Source of the DNA: Eledone cirrhosa
Lineage: Eukaryota
DNA length: 64,000 nucleotides
Direction: 5' to 3'
NCBI GenBank assembly: GCA_964016885.1
Contig: OZ024752.1
Coordinates: 22,444,001-22,508,000, forward strand
Part shown: positions 13,691 to 26,023 of the stretch, in pieces
Layout of the letters: every line of letters starts with the position of its first letter
How positions within the stretch are numbered: the first letter of the stretch is position 1
Notes under the pieces: generated by a model
What the model saw: the letters and a program-made list of their open reading frames with translations, nothing else
What the model was told of the DNA's origin: nothing
The model's database searches: none
Made by a program: the position numbers and the translations under genes

Positions 13691-14660
13691 GTCTTACTAG
13701 ATTCAAGGGCCCTCTCTACCCCTCCATTTTACAGCATGGTCATTAAAAAAAAAACAAAAAAAACATTGACACGACTCACACACAAACACTCACACACCAA
13801 CACTCATGCATACAAACCACAACCACACACACGCCACTCACATACCAACACTCATTCATGCATACAATCACACACACCACTCACAAACACACATATATAT
13901 ACATATATTACCGACAGTACTGATACAAATACAAAATCAAAATCAATATCATCAAAATCAAAATAAATATCATGTCAACTGTTGACCTTTCCCAGTCCAG
14001 TTCAGCTTGTATATAATAATAATAATAATTGTTTGCTTTACGCTGGTAATGGCGGTGGTGGTGGTGAATGGTGGTGGATGGTGTCATTGTGGTGGTGGTG
14101 GATGGTGCTAGTGTGGTGGTGGTGGCAGTTGTTGGTGCTGTAGTTGTTATTGTAGTTGTTGCTGTTGTTGTTGTTCTTCATTTCACTGCTGCAGACAATG
14201 GTGTTGATGCTGTTATTGCTGTCGCACATATACAAATACATACATACACACACATTCAACACAGACGATGGTGTTGTTGCTGTTGTTGTTGTTGGTGTTG
14301 CTGCTGTTGTTGTTGTAGTTGTTGCTGTGTTGAAACCCGGTCGCATCCACTGAGATATACATATACACACACATATATATATGTATATACACATACATAC
14401 ATCAAGAGTCAGCAGTATGTCAACAGGGGACAGGTCAACCACCTTAGATAGAGTAATGAGTACTGTGATGATGGTGGGGAGCGAGTGTAGACATTATTGT
14501 TATTGTGGCGACGGCGGGTCAGTGAGATGTACAAGTTCATAGATCACTTGCTTGTCTCTTTTCCTCTCTCTTCAAAATTTTGAATTTATGGCCTTTTGCA
14601 ATGGCGGACAAGTATATATAATATATATATATGAAGCAAAGAAAAGAAAATGTAATTGAT

Positions 14661-14952
14661 ACGAAAGATTTCCTGGTAGAAGTTCAGGTGTATTCAGTGA
14701 TTGGTATCCAGTTTCGGGGTATCCAATTAGAAAATCCAACGAATTTTTAATAGGGGTCCACGCAAGCATTGATATATATATATGTATATATGTAAAATGT
14801 AAGCAGAAATAACAACGAAAGATTTCCTGGTAGAAGTTCAGGTGTATTCAGTGTTGGTATCCAATTAGAAAATCCAACGAACTTTTGAGAGGGGTCCACG
14901 CAAGCATAGATATATATATGTATATATGTAAAATGTAAGCAGAAATAACAAC
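14661..14952. repeat. Tandem duplication of ~140-150 bp (2 copies)
   Basis: CGAAAGATTTCCTGGTAGAAGTTCAGGTGTATTCAGTG...GGGGTCCACGCAAGCAT...GTAAGCAGAAATAACAAC starts at ~14661 and again at ~14816. Confidence 0.85.
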
Positions 14953-15174
14953 ACATATACTAATGAACATACATTAAACACAGAGGGACTGTAAATGATA
15001 ATAGCAGTATTTAGATATAAATATAAATGTACATATCTCTATTGGTCTCATAATTTTTTTTTTCTCTTTCCCCTTGTGTGTAGCAACACGTGGTTGTGTG
15101 TTGCTGCTGACTCTAGCAGAGCCCGAGAAAACACGTCTTGCCCTAAACAGCTGCTGCTCCCTGTACATGTAAAA

Positions 15175-15358
15175 ATAATAATTGTTTCTACTTTTGGCAC
15201 AAGGCCAGCAATTACGCAGTGTATTACTGGTACTTTATTTTATCGACCCCGTAAGGATGAAAGGCAAAGATAACCTCGGCGGGATTTGAACTCAGAATGG
15301 CAAGGGCCGTAACTCTTTGCGTCAAAGCATGGCATCCGACCCTCTACCGATACTGCCA
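15175..15358 (-). mobile_element. tRNA-derived SINE (Nin/Deu-like core)
   Basis: Reverse complement has A-box TGGCAGTATCGG, B-box GAGTTCAAATCCC and core TTGCCTTTCATCCTTACGGGGTCGATAAAATAAAGTACCAG; same family at 34555, 35085 and 59182. Confidence 0.85.
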
Positions 15359-15519
15359 AATAATAACTATAATAACGGCAATAATAAAAAAAAGAAAAGG
15401 AAACAAAAGTAAAAAAGAATAGGGAAATATAGAAAAAGAAAGAAAAAAGAACGGGAAGGGGAGGGGAAGGCAAGAGCTCTGATCTCGCAGAAGAGAGGGG
15501 GGGTGAAGGGGGAGGGTGA

Positions 15520-15675
15520 TTGGACCTAGAGCATGGAGGCAGAAGTGCTGCGCCCAGGGGACAGTGGCCAGTGACACCCGCTGCAACAGCCACCCCACTT
15601 AGCAGGGATCCTTCCTCAGACGGGCGGCCGACGTTCCGATCTTACGAAGGAGCTCGGCTGTACGGAGTCCAAGTA
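15520..15675 (-). mobile_element. CRE-like RLE 3' fragment
   Basis: Homologous to 10180-10300 (GGAC.CCGTACAG.CGAGCTCCT.CGTAAGATCGGAACGTC); WLLQRVSLA motif. Confidence 0.6.
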
Positions 15676-16292
15676 AGTCTTAAACTGTATTTTCATGATA
15701 TATTCCATAAATAAATAATTATATTTTCCTTTACTACATTCGATTTGTTTGTAGTAGGCTAAACATAAACTAATCTAAGTGGGACATAAATATAAACACT
15801 TCATGTGTGTGACAGCTTTTGCCATTTTTGTTGGTATTTTTGTTTGTTTGATTTTGTTTGTTTTTTTACAATTTCACTCATCTCGCGTTTTTCCTGTAGT
15901 TTTTGCTGTGCTTTGAACGAGTCTGATGTTCAAACCTGTCGGAAATTATTCGGTTTTTAGTCAGCTGGAGCATGGTGCTAAGGTGCTAGAATAGTTAAGC
16001 ACCTTCACGAACGTCACCTGATACTTCATTAAGGTGAGCTGCCAACAATGACAAAAACATCGTTGTCAGTTGTCAATGGTTCAGCTTCCCCAAATGTGTT
16101 GAATGTGACAGGCTGAAAAAAATGTGGTTTATCAATAATAAATCATGGGCTGAAGGCAAATGAGGTGGATTCATCGGAAGAGCTATTGCCTACAGAAGCA
16201 TCATTGTTGAATATTGGGGTTTAGGAACGTATGGTTGACACTAGCTGAAAGTTAGACATATTTAAAGAGAGAATCTGGACTAAAATTACAGA

Positions 16293-16774
16293 GGTAAACT
16301 TATAGATAAGCACCCGTTGGGGGTTCGTTGAGAAAATAAAAATTTGTCTAGGTATTTTTCGTGTGTTTTTAATCTGACCTCCGACAAGCGCGCAATCGAC
16401 TTTCTTCCCCGCAAAACAGAACGGTAGGAGGGAGGCGAGTTGGGGACCCTTCAGATTTTCCTAGTCTTAGAGTTTTCTTCACTGGGATTTTTTTTTTTTC
16501 CTTTACTATGTTCTTTTCGTTTGTTTTCGACCAATCTGACACCCGACTCACTTACAAACGATTCCTGTTTCCGAAAACGGGGCCGACGAGGAAGGTGGAT
16601 CCTAGGTGTTCCAGATAAGCACCACTCAGCCGCTATGATCGCTAAGAACATTTTTTCCTAGGTACTTTCGTGTTTTCATGAAAAAGACGATTACGAGCAT
16701 TTCGGAGGACAGATTAATTGAACACACACGAAGGGGGTAGCGAACCCCACCGGGTGCTTTTCTATAAATTTACC
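16293..16774. mobile_element. Merlin-like MITE, 482 bp
   Basis: Imperfect ~37-bp TIRs beginning GGTAAA (16293) and ending TTTACC (16774); perfect 8-bp TSD ATTACAGA at 16285-16292 and 16775-16782. Confidence 0.8.
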
Positions 16775-17659
16775 ATTACAGAAACATTTGTTTAATATTC
16801 TGAATAATATGCACAAAACTGATGGAATTTTAGTACTCACATTGCAAGAGTATAACAGGAAAGTCACACTGCATGCTAGTGTCATGATCATTAACAATTC
16901 GAAAAACATTTCCGATATTTTCACTCTTCTTTATCTTGTATATATCAGTATCTCAGTAGATATGTATGAAATACATTGGTTTAGGTATACGTATGTATGT
17001 TACAGACAGACAATTTTAGGATACACTTAGAACATCCAGTAGAAAGGAAACTTAGATATTATCTATCTTTACAAATAGATTATCTTACAATACAATACAT
17101 AATTGTTTCTACTTTAGGCACAAGGCCAGCAAGGCAAAGTCAACAATACATAATGATGCGATTTAGGATTCTTTTTCTAGTATTTACATGTGATAAGATC
17201 AGGGCTATTTTCCGGAAAATGCAACTTTGGCATCAATTCTAAATACCGATGTTTATATCACAATCAGCTTGAAGTTGTATCAACTGAAGCCAATAATTAT
17301 ATTGTATCCTGTGCTGTTATATATATATATTTGCGTACATATGTAATATATATATATATATATATACGTCTCCGAGGGTTTCAGAACGAAGACTACACAA
17401 TGAAATTATTAACAAATCTAAACATTATGCTAGCTTTTGCGAAAATTCACCAAACTGTGTGACTTAGACAAGTTTTACTGAACGGGTGGAATTTCAAATG
17501 ATTTTGACGTTTGTTTGAGTTTTTGTTACGTTGGAAACACTACGTTGTTACCATGGTGACACAAGTTGTTCGGTAAAAACATAGATATGTCTATATATAA
17601 TACCAGATAGAAAAATGCGTACAGCAAAAAAGACACACAGTTTGGTGAATTTTCGCAGG

Positions 17660-18115
17660 GAGGTGAGCAAAGTGAGGGGGGGGGGGGAATGAGCCAAGTG
17701 AGAAAGGTGCACAAAGAGGGGGAGATGAGCCAAGTGAGGGAGGTGCACAAGGAGAGGAAGGTGAGCAAAGTGAGAAATGTGCACAAAGAGGGGGGGATGA
17801 GCCAAGTGAGAAAGGTGCACAAAGAGGGGGAGATGAGCCAAGTGAGAAAGGTGCACAAAGAGGGGGAGATGAGCCAAGTGAGGAAGGCAAGCAAAGAGGG
17901 GGAGATGAGCCAAGTGAGAAAGGTGCACAAAGAGGGGGAGATGAGCCAAGTGAGGAAGGCAAGCAAAGAGGGGGAGATGAGCCAAGTGAGGGAGGTGCAC
18001 AAAGAGGGGGGGGAGCCAAGTGAGAAATGTCCACAAAGAGGGGTAGATGAGCCAACTGATGGAGGTGAGCAAAGTGAGACAGGTGCACAAAAAGAGGGGG
18101 GTGAGCAAAGTGACC
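17660..18115 (+). repeat. 36-bp purine-rich coding tandem repeat, about 11-12 copies, at the N-terminus of the Rep ORF
   Basis: Unit ATGAGCCAAGTGAGAAAGGTGCACAAAGAGGGGGAG (MSQVRKVHKEGE, or DEPSEKGAQRGG in the alternative frame). Confidence 0.92.
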
Positions 18116-21100
18116 AGGAAGATTTTGATGGCAGAAAATGTACAGAACTTCTGACTTTGGCTAGATTGTGCAAATTTGGTCCCCCATCAAATTGCCCAGA
18201 TCCCACTGCACGTCTAAAGCTAGCTAAACGAATGCACAAGGCCATACATGAACTTTCACCTGATTTTACTGTGTCCCAAATTCGGAAAAAAATGGAAATC
18301 TTTGAGCAGTGTAAAGGATTCCATAGGGACAACATCTATTGCATAGGACAGTCTGACTGCACAAATGGACTTGAACTGATTCGAAGTATGGCTCCTCACT
18401 CTCCTCGCATCCGTACACTTCTGAGATGTGTGTACAAAGTGAGATCAGTCTGTGTCTGGCTAGACTCCTATGACATTTCAATCTTGGAAGGAAATTGGTC
18501 AATGTTTGATGATCTAGTAAATCCCCAAAACATGTCCAACAATCTGCTAAGCCGTTTGAATGAGATAGTGGAAAATGAAAATGAGAGCTTGCATTCAGAA
18601 TCCTCAATCATGGCCAATTTTGCATCCATTATCAAACATTTTAATAAAGAGATTCAAAAAATGAAAATCAACTCCTGTGACATTTGCAAACAACGAGAAT
18701 TAGATGCTAAACTCAAAGTCTGGGAGGATTGGAGCCCTTTGACAAATCCCTATCTCCTGGAAACCATTCAACAAAACTACTCTCTACCATGTACGATTTG
18801 CTCTACATGTAGAAATAGTCTTGTCAAAAAGTCGATACCATCATTGGCTTCAATCAATGGCCTAGAAGTGGTCAAAATTCCAAATGTGTTGTCAAAGTTG
18901 AACATGTATGAGCAGATTTTGATCCAAATGGCCAAATGCTTCTTCAATGTCATTAAATTGTCACCCTATCGTTTCAAAGGTGCACCATCAGATCTAGTAG
19001 CTGCTATTAAAGGAATAGCAACTCACATGCCACTACCAGTAGAAAAAACAATCAATCATGTAATGAAAAAACTTCCATCGAATCAAAATGAGGCATTTGA
19101 AATAATTGTTGATAGTCTTCCAACTAAAAAGGGCACAATTTGGCGATCGCTAGTGAATATGCAAAATTTCTTTGATGCCTTGGAGTGGCTGAAAAACAAC
19201 AATGACATTTTGATAGACAGAACCACAAATTTAGAGGACATTGTTACATGCACTGGTGAAAATGTTTCCATCAATTTTCCACACATTCTCACACAAACTG
19301 GTGCTGAAACAGTCTATGAACACCATACTGTACAGCAAATCAAGCCTGCACTCCCAAATCAAAAGGACCTTGAACTGTTTCGCATGAAACGAGTTGAAGG
19401 TACTCTTCTTCCGGACAATGATCCAAACCTGGATCTGATGTGCTTCCCCCACTTATTCCCTAAAGGAAAATTTGGAATGATGCACATGAACAGACCCCAT
19501 GGTAGAGTAAAGCCATACATGTTCATCAGAAACAGACTCAGACATGAGGACCCCCGGTTTCGTAGAGACATTCAGTACATTCTCTACAATTTGGACAAGG
19601 CTGACAAAAGAGCACTAGATTCTGGCATTTATGCCGTAATGAAATCACTCAAAAGTCCAAAATTGACACTTGCTCAATTTTATAAAAGATTGGAAGCCAA
19701 TGATGAACAATTGGAAAGTGGTTTGTCAATGATGATGGCGAATGTTCGTGGAACAAAGCCATTTTGGGAACGCAAGTGCTCCGACTTGAATACCATAGAT
19801 GAGAAATTCGGTCCTGCCCATTTTTTTATCATTCTTTCATGTGCTGAATACTTTTGGCCAGGCTTGAGGGAATTTTTGGAAAAACTCAAAGACATTGCAA
19901 ATGTTGAAACAAGGCCGATAAGGAATCTCTGTGCAAATGATGTTGTGGCTGTCAGTGAGTACTTTCACCATCGTTTTAGTGCTGTTTTTCATGATGTAAT
20001 TTTAAATATAAAAGGCCCATTTGGGGAAATTATTCATTACTTTTGGCGACTCGAGTATCAACAACGTGGTGCCCCTCACATTCACCTTAAAGCCTGGGTT
20101 CGGGACAGTGTAATTTTTGACAAAGATCCTAAAGAAAAAATCAAGCAATTTATTGAACGCTGCATTACTTGCCGGCTACCATCCCCTGTGGCCAGCACAA
20201 ACTTGGCAAATCTCGTTAGACGGTTCCTAGTCCATACTTGTGGCAAAGCATGCTGGAGAATAGTGGGGAGAGGGAAAAATTTGCGTAAAAAATGTCGTTT
20301 TGGTTTTGCACGTGCAGTGGGGCCATTTCGATTTTTCTCAGTTTCTGAAAGTATCAAATCACGAAAAAATGGTAATGGGACAAACAAAACTACCAATTGG
20401 AAAGAAAAGAATCAGAAAAGTACATAAATGACTACAATCCATGTTTACTTCTAGCCTGGCAAGCAAATATAGATGTGCAATACATTGGTGAGAATAGTAT
20501 GATTTTGAATAGATATGTCAGCTGCTATCAGACTAAGGCCAAAAAAAATGAGGCTGAGGGAGTGTGGGCGAATCTGGATCATTCCAAAACAAAATATGGG
20601 AAATACAAAAGTGCTGGACTGCAATTGCTTGGGAAAAGGGATACAGGAGGGTATGAAGCTGCTGACAAACTTTTGGGGCATCATTTTTACGGGTCATCAG
20701 ATCATGTTATTTGGGTAGGTGCAGATATTCCCAGTAGGCGCGGCCGCAGATTGAAATCTCAAAATGATCTCGATGAACTGAGTGAAGACTCAATGGACTT
20801 GTTCTACGAGAACATGGTGGAAACTTTTTACAAAAAACCGGCCAAAATTCCTGGAAGATTCCTCCTTATATGAAGTTGCCAGCAAATATGAGAGGACACA
20901 AAAAAAAACCTGTTCACAAAGATGTGGCTACAAAAATGAAATTGCTCAATGACAAGGGGTATTTTCATAGTGTAAAAGAGCGGGTAGTTAAAGCACCAAA
21001 TATACAGCTCAAAGATGACACAAAAGAACGTTATTACCACAATCTTCTAATGCTGTTCAAACCCTGGCGCGATGAGGACAAAGATTTGTTGGGGGGCTGC

Positions 21101-23594
21101 AAAACATTTGAAGAGTCCTTTCATCTGTGTGCAAACAATTTGCCAGATATGGTGAATTTTCAAAATGTGAGGAAAAAAATCACTGATGCAGTTGAGATGG
21201 GGAAGAGGTTGGAGAAGGAGGGTGAAAAGGAGGGAGAGCTCGGAGAAGGACGGAGAGAAGGGGGGGAGAAGGAGGCAAGAGATAAGGCTGGTATTGATGT
21301 TCCCCAAATTCGAGATGTAGATGAAACTGCTCTACAGACAAAAGAAACACAGCTTAATACAGATCAAAGATCCATATACAATCTAATTGTATCAGCAATT
21401 GAAAAACAGGAATTGCATTGGAATTCGGAAAAACCACTACCAAGGTGCAGATGTGATGATTGCCCACAATTTCTCAAATTTGTCTCTGGCGTAGGAGGTA
21501 CAGGAAAAAGTTTTCTCATTGATATAATTTCTGACAAAGTTACTCAAATTTGTTGCAAGAGAAATGGGGCCCCAGTAGTCATTTGTGCACCAACTGGTAT
21601 GGCTGCTTTCCAAATCAAGGGGACCACTTTGCACAGGCTCTTGAAACTCCCAGTCCAACATGGAAAGTCACCATCATATAGGGAATTAGAAAGTGATGAA
21701 CTCAAAATTTTGCGATCCACTCTAGAGGGTGTCCGTCTGATAATTATCGATGAAATAAGTATGGTCAGTCATCTGATGTTGGCATTTATCCATAGGCGTC
21801 TAGATGAGATTTTTGGGGACCAGAGTCACATGACCAGCCCTTTTGGAAAAATAAATATTCTGGTTTTTGGCGATCTACTTCAACTTCCACCAGTAAATGA
21901 AAAAACAGTCTTTTCCAGTATTTCTGCATATGATGCTAAAAGGACTGGTCTGGGAATAAGTGGGCAGTCACTGTGGACATTTTTCGACTATGATGAGCTC
22001 ACTATAAACATGCGGCAAAAAAATGACAGTGAAAACTATTCTGAAATGTTGGGTCGAATAAGAATAGGATCACCTACAGACATGGACATCAAGACTAATG
22101 CTGAGACGAAACATTAATTTGGTGAAGGGGCTATGTAATGGTGTCATGGGAACAGTGCAAAGCATGGTCAATGGAAAAGATGGGAAAATGGGACAAATCA
22201 TTGTGGAATTTGATCACATGATAGGCAATGACATTTCAATAGAAAAGGTGACTGCAGACTATGAAATCTCTCCTGGTGTGTATGTGACACGAAAACAGTT
22301 CCCCCTATGCCTTGCCTATGCCATCACCATCCATAAATCACAGGGAATAAGTGTTGATGGGGTCATTGCCGATCTTGGTCCTCTGGTGTTCGCAGATGGA
22401 ATGGCCTATGTTGCACTTTCACGAGCTAGGAAACTCTGCAATGTCTATTTGATAGATTTTGACCCACGAACCCTGATCATGTGTGACAAATCTGCTTGGG
22501 AAGAGTACAACAAATTGCGTTCTACAACAAAATTGCCTCCACTTGGGCCATGTAGAAATAAACCACCATGCATGGCTTCTGAATCTTGCATGCCAAAAAA
22601 ACGATCAAGGCGAATGTTGAATGTGGACAACCCTTCTGAATATGCTGCTCCTACCAAAAAACCTAAATTAGCTACAATTTCCATGCTCACTCCCATGATT
22701 AGACTACAAAATAAGGAAAATGCCTGTTTTGCCAATTCCACACTTCAAGCTATTGCCCAATTGCCCAAACTTTGGGAAACTTTGTTGTCTACCCAATTAC
22801 TCAGTCCAGTTGTTCAGGAAATAGCAAATATTGTCACACCAGGGGATCGGGATGTTTCAATTCTGCGAAGATTAATTGGGGGGAGATTTAATGATGGTGC
22901 TCAGCAATGTGCCCATGATTTTTGGAAAAATATCTACCCACATTTTCCACCAAATGCACAGCAAATATTCCAATTTCAAGTGAATGAAACACTAAGATGC
23001 ACTAAAAGTCATGAAAAGGAATGCCCACGTTTGAATGATCAAATTTGTACTTGCACACATAGACCTGGATGTGGACTCGAAACTCACAAAACACCAGAAA
23101 TTCAAACAGACTTGACATTGCATCCTATTCAAGGCCCTCAACAGTTTCGTACTTTACTTGTATCAAATGACACCATAATAAAACAATGTGACACCTGCAC
23201 CACCAATACAGAGCACAAAACAACCATCAGGAGAGATTTCCCACCCACAATGCACTACCTTGTAGTATCAATCAACCGATTCCTCATAACCAGTGGTCAA
23301 GAAACTCAAATACATTGTGATTTATTGAATTTCAGTTCAAAACGCCAGCAGTTTTTTGGTACCAATTTCCAACTTCAATCAGCAATTGTTCACACATTAG
23401 GTTCCACATCAGGAGGTCATTACACTTGTTTAATTCACAAAGATGGTGACAAATGGGATGAAATTAGTGACACGTGCATAACCAAAAGGCACCCAAAATT
23501 TCCACCTAAATTGCCAAATATTGTTTTACTTTTTAAAAAAAAAACTATAGGTCCAATATCACTCCAGAATGCTCTGTCCTACACATCCATGTGA
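17689..23594 (+). pseudogene. Helitron-like HUH Rep + PIF1 helicase + USP (peptidase C19) polyprotein, split by frameshifts (~20400, ~20850) and a deletion/frameshift (~22095)
   Basis: Rep: GPAHFFIILSCAE, RLEYQQRGAPHIHLKAW (HUH), YVSCYQTK. PIF1: GVGGTGKS, IIDEISMV, GDLLQLPPV, MRQ, QFPLCLAYAITIHKSQG, YVALSR. USP: LQNKENACFANSTLQ, QQCAHDF, SAIVH..STSGGHY, WDEISD. Confidence 0.92.
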
Positions 23595-24354
23595 ACTCTA
23601 TTAGACATTAAAATAATATAGAGTATAAAAATCTGTACTACTATATGAAAAATTTGTTTCATTTGTCAAGCAACTGTGTCAGAGGACAGTGCCGAAGTAT
23701 GCAGTAGGTCTGTCCAATGTAACTGTTGTCTGCCAAAATGTAACATTTTATATTATAAACATTTATATGTATGTCTAATGGAGTTACACATCTTTACTGG
23801 CAATTCTTCACTATTAAATTTCTTGGTCACAACTTGGACTTGGTGGGTGGATTTTTAAAATAAATATGAACAGTCAAATCAGGTGAAACAAAACAAGCAA
23901 CAAGCAAGCCACATCATAAGCAAACAAATAATATACATGCGAAAAATTGTAAAAAATGCACACAAAATTTGTAATTAATCCCCCGAAAAAATTCATGTGA
24001 AAAAAATCCCCCAAAAAGTTTGCATGTGAAAATTGACAAAAATGCTGTGTGTGAAAAAATCAAAAAAACCTCAAAAAAACTTGCATGTGAAAATTGACAT
24101 TTGCTTTGTATTGTGTAAAATTTGTCATTTATTTTATTGTCATGTCTAATTAAAATGTAATTTTCAACTAAATGCAAATGGTGTAATTGCACCATTTAGA
24201 TTCAGTTGTTAATGCTCACCTACTAAATATTATCTAATATATTTCAAATTGTATTTTTAACTAAATTCATTTATCATAGTCTAATATTTTAAAAATAGGT
24301 GAGTGCTCCACGATGATGACCCATGTCCCCGCCATGTGGAGTGGATACTTAGGA

Positions 24355-24414
24355 GCCATCCAGATATCATGTGACCATTTTTGGTTCGCGGTGTCCACAT
24401 GATATCTGGATGGC
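24355..24414. repeat. Perfect 19-bp inverted repeat (hairpin) with a 22-nt loop
   Basis: GCCATCCAGATATCATGTG (24355-24373) and CACATGATATCTGGATGGC (24396-24414). Confidence 0.9.
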
Positions 24415-24635
24415 CCTTTATACTAATTAGTCATTTATCTGCATAAAAATTATACCAGATCATTCTGATTATTGGCTTGAAATCTTTTACAAAATTAGTA
24501 TGAGCAACTAAGAGGTCATCAATAGAAATAGAATTACTTTTTGAAGTTTTCATGCACAGCATTTTTGGGGATTTTAAATAAAAGTTAATATCATAATTCT
24601 TATTTTGTATACCCACATTGCAGATACAGAGAAAC

Positions 24636-26023
24636 ATGACAATCCTATATAAAGGTCGTAGACAACAGTATCAGTTTTTATCCAATATGAGCAAATTAAA
24701 CAGTCCACTGAATTTATTGGAATGTTCATTCATCACAGTTGAACATGCTTATAAGTACATCAAGACCCTATTTTATGGGAGAAATGACCAACTCTGCCAC
24801 ATTTTGGCAGAAAAAGACCCATTTAAGTAAACATATCCCATACATATTTGATTAAAGTTTACAATGCTATTTTTTGATAGATTGTCAACTTTCTGCAAAG
24901 AGAGAGATTTCAAATGGGAATCAATCCAGTTTGATCTCATGGTGGTACTGTTGTCAATGAAATTCGAAAATGATCCTCTACTAGCATCAAAACTTTGTGA
25001 CACGGGGACTGTATGTAGATGTGACTAGGGTTGCAAACGGTTTTTTTACCATTAAAAAACCAGTAAAAAACGGTTAAAAAACCGTTTTTTACCAGACTCG
25101 AAAAGTTTCCAAAAAAAGTTACAAACGGTTTTTTTACCATTAAAAACCAGTAAAAAACGGTAAAAAAAAACGTTTTTTGAGGGAAAAAACCATTTGAATC
25201 TAGCTCATTTCTTGAATATTTGTAGCAACAATTGGTCGAGGACACCCCTAATCCAATTTGGCGGCGAGGATTTAATGGGAATGGTACAAATCTCCATGGC
25301 CGTTGTTTAATGGTCGTCCGTGCACTTTTGAATAAAAATCACCCACAATTCAAGTATATTGTGGGTGATTCAATAATTAGAAATGTGGCGAAATCGAATG
25401 ACCAGAAAGTATAAAAATATTAATTCAAATGTATTTACTTATCATACCAACAAAAATACTTAGATATTTTGTATAAGGGGGCCCGTCAGGGCCAGGTAAT
25501 GTTAATCGCCAACATTGTTATCTGTTGTCCTTTTGTGAAAGTATTGGTGGTTCATGTCGGCTCTAATGATCTGAATCCTCGTCGCACCGTTGGCACTACA
25601 AAGCTGTGCAAAGTAATACAATAATTTTTGCCCAAGTATTTTTTATTAATCATTTATTTGTAAATTAAGGACAAAGTGCCCATTCGAGGCACAAAACCGG
25701 GAAAACAGGGGAAGAGTCTCTTTGCAAGGCTACAGAAAATAGCGGAAAAGCACCACTGTACACCCATTTTCTACAGTGGTGTCATTCCACGTCCACAAAG
25801 TGTAATTGAAAATAGAAATGACTTGGGCAAGAGAAATTCTCGTTTGGAAAAGTTTAATTACTGCATGAAAGAAATGATTCAAAAATTGAACTTGCCCAAT
25901 CTTCACAACATTGAAAATTGGTCAAAATTTGACAAATCTGACTTCAAACCAGATATGAATCATTTGAACAATGTTGGAAATCTTAAATTGACAGAAATTT
26001 TTGCCAATGTTTTTGCCACCTGA
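24636..26023 (+). CDS. Spliced NADAR (YbiA-like) + SGNH/GDSL hydrolase fusion, ~335 aa, one -1 frameshift in a G run
   Basis: Exons 24636-24826, 24881-25010, 25226-25408, 25464-25612 and 25670-26023, all GT-AG and phase-consistent. NADAR: FLSN..TVEHAY..K..W....M..KF..DP.L...L.DTG..LVE....W..G...G.N.HG..LM.VR. SGNH: IVGDSIIR, RGA, VHVGSND, DMNHLN. AATAAA at 26061. Confidence 0.85.
25026..25192. mobile_element. Probable MITE/TIR-end fragment inserted in intron 2 of the NADAR-SGNH gene
   Basis: Starts TAGGGTTGCAAAC; duplicated CAAACGGTTTTTTTACCATTAAAAACCAGTAAAAAACGGT; this intron is 215 bp while the other three are 54-57 bp. Confidence 0.45.

Noticed and set aside
15820-16250. Possible pogo/Tc1 transposase C-terminal remnant (QV*TSDSF...LQEKR on the minus strand)
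   Set aside because: Too degenerate; no catalytic motif or TIR found.
17526-18335. Three long minus-strand ORFs
   Set aside because: They are antisense shadows of the stop-free 36-bp repeat.
22080-22110. Intron explaining the break in the helicase
   Set aside because: Sequence is missing rather than extra (no segment between RIGSPT..DI and MLRRNI), so this is a deletion.
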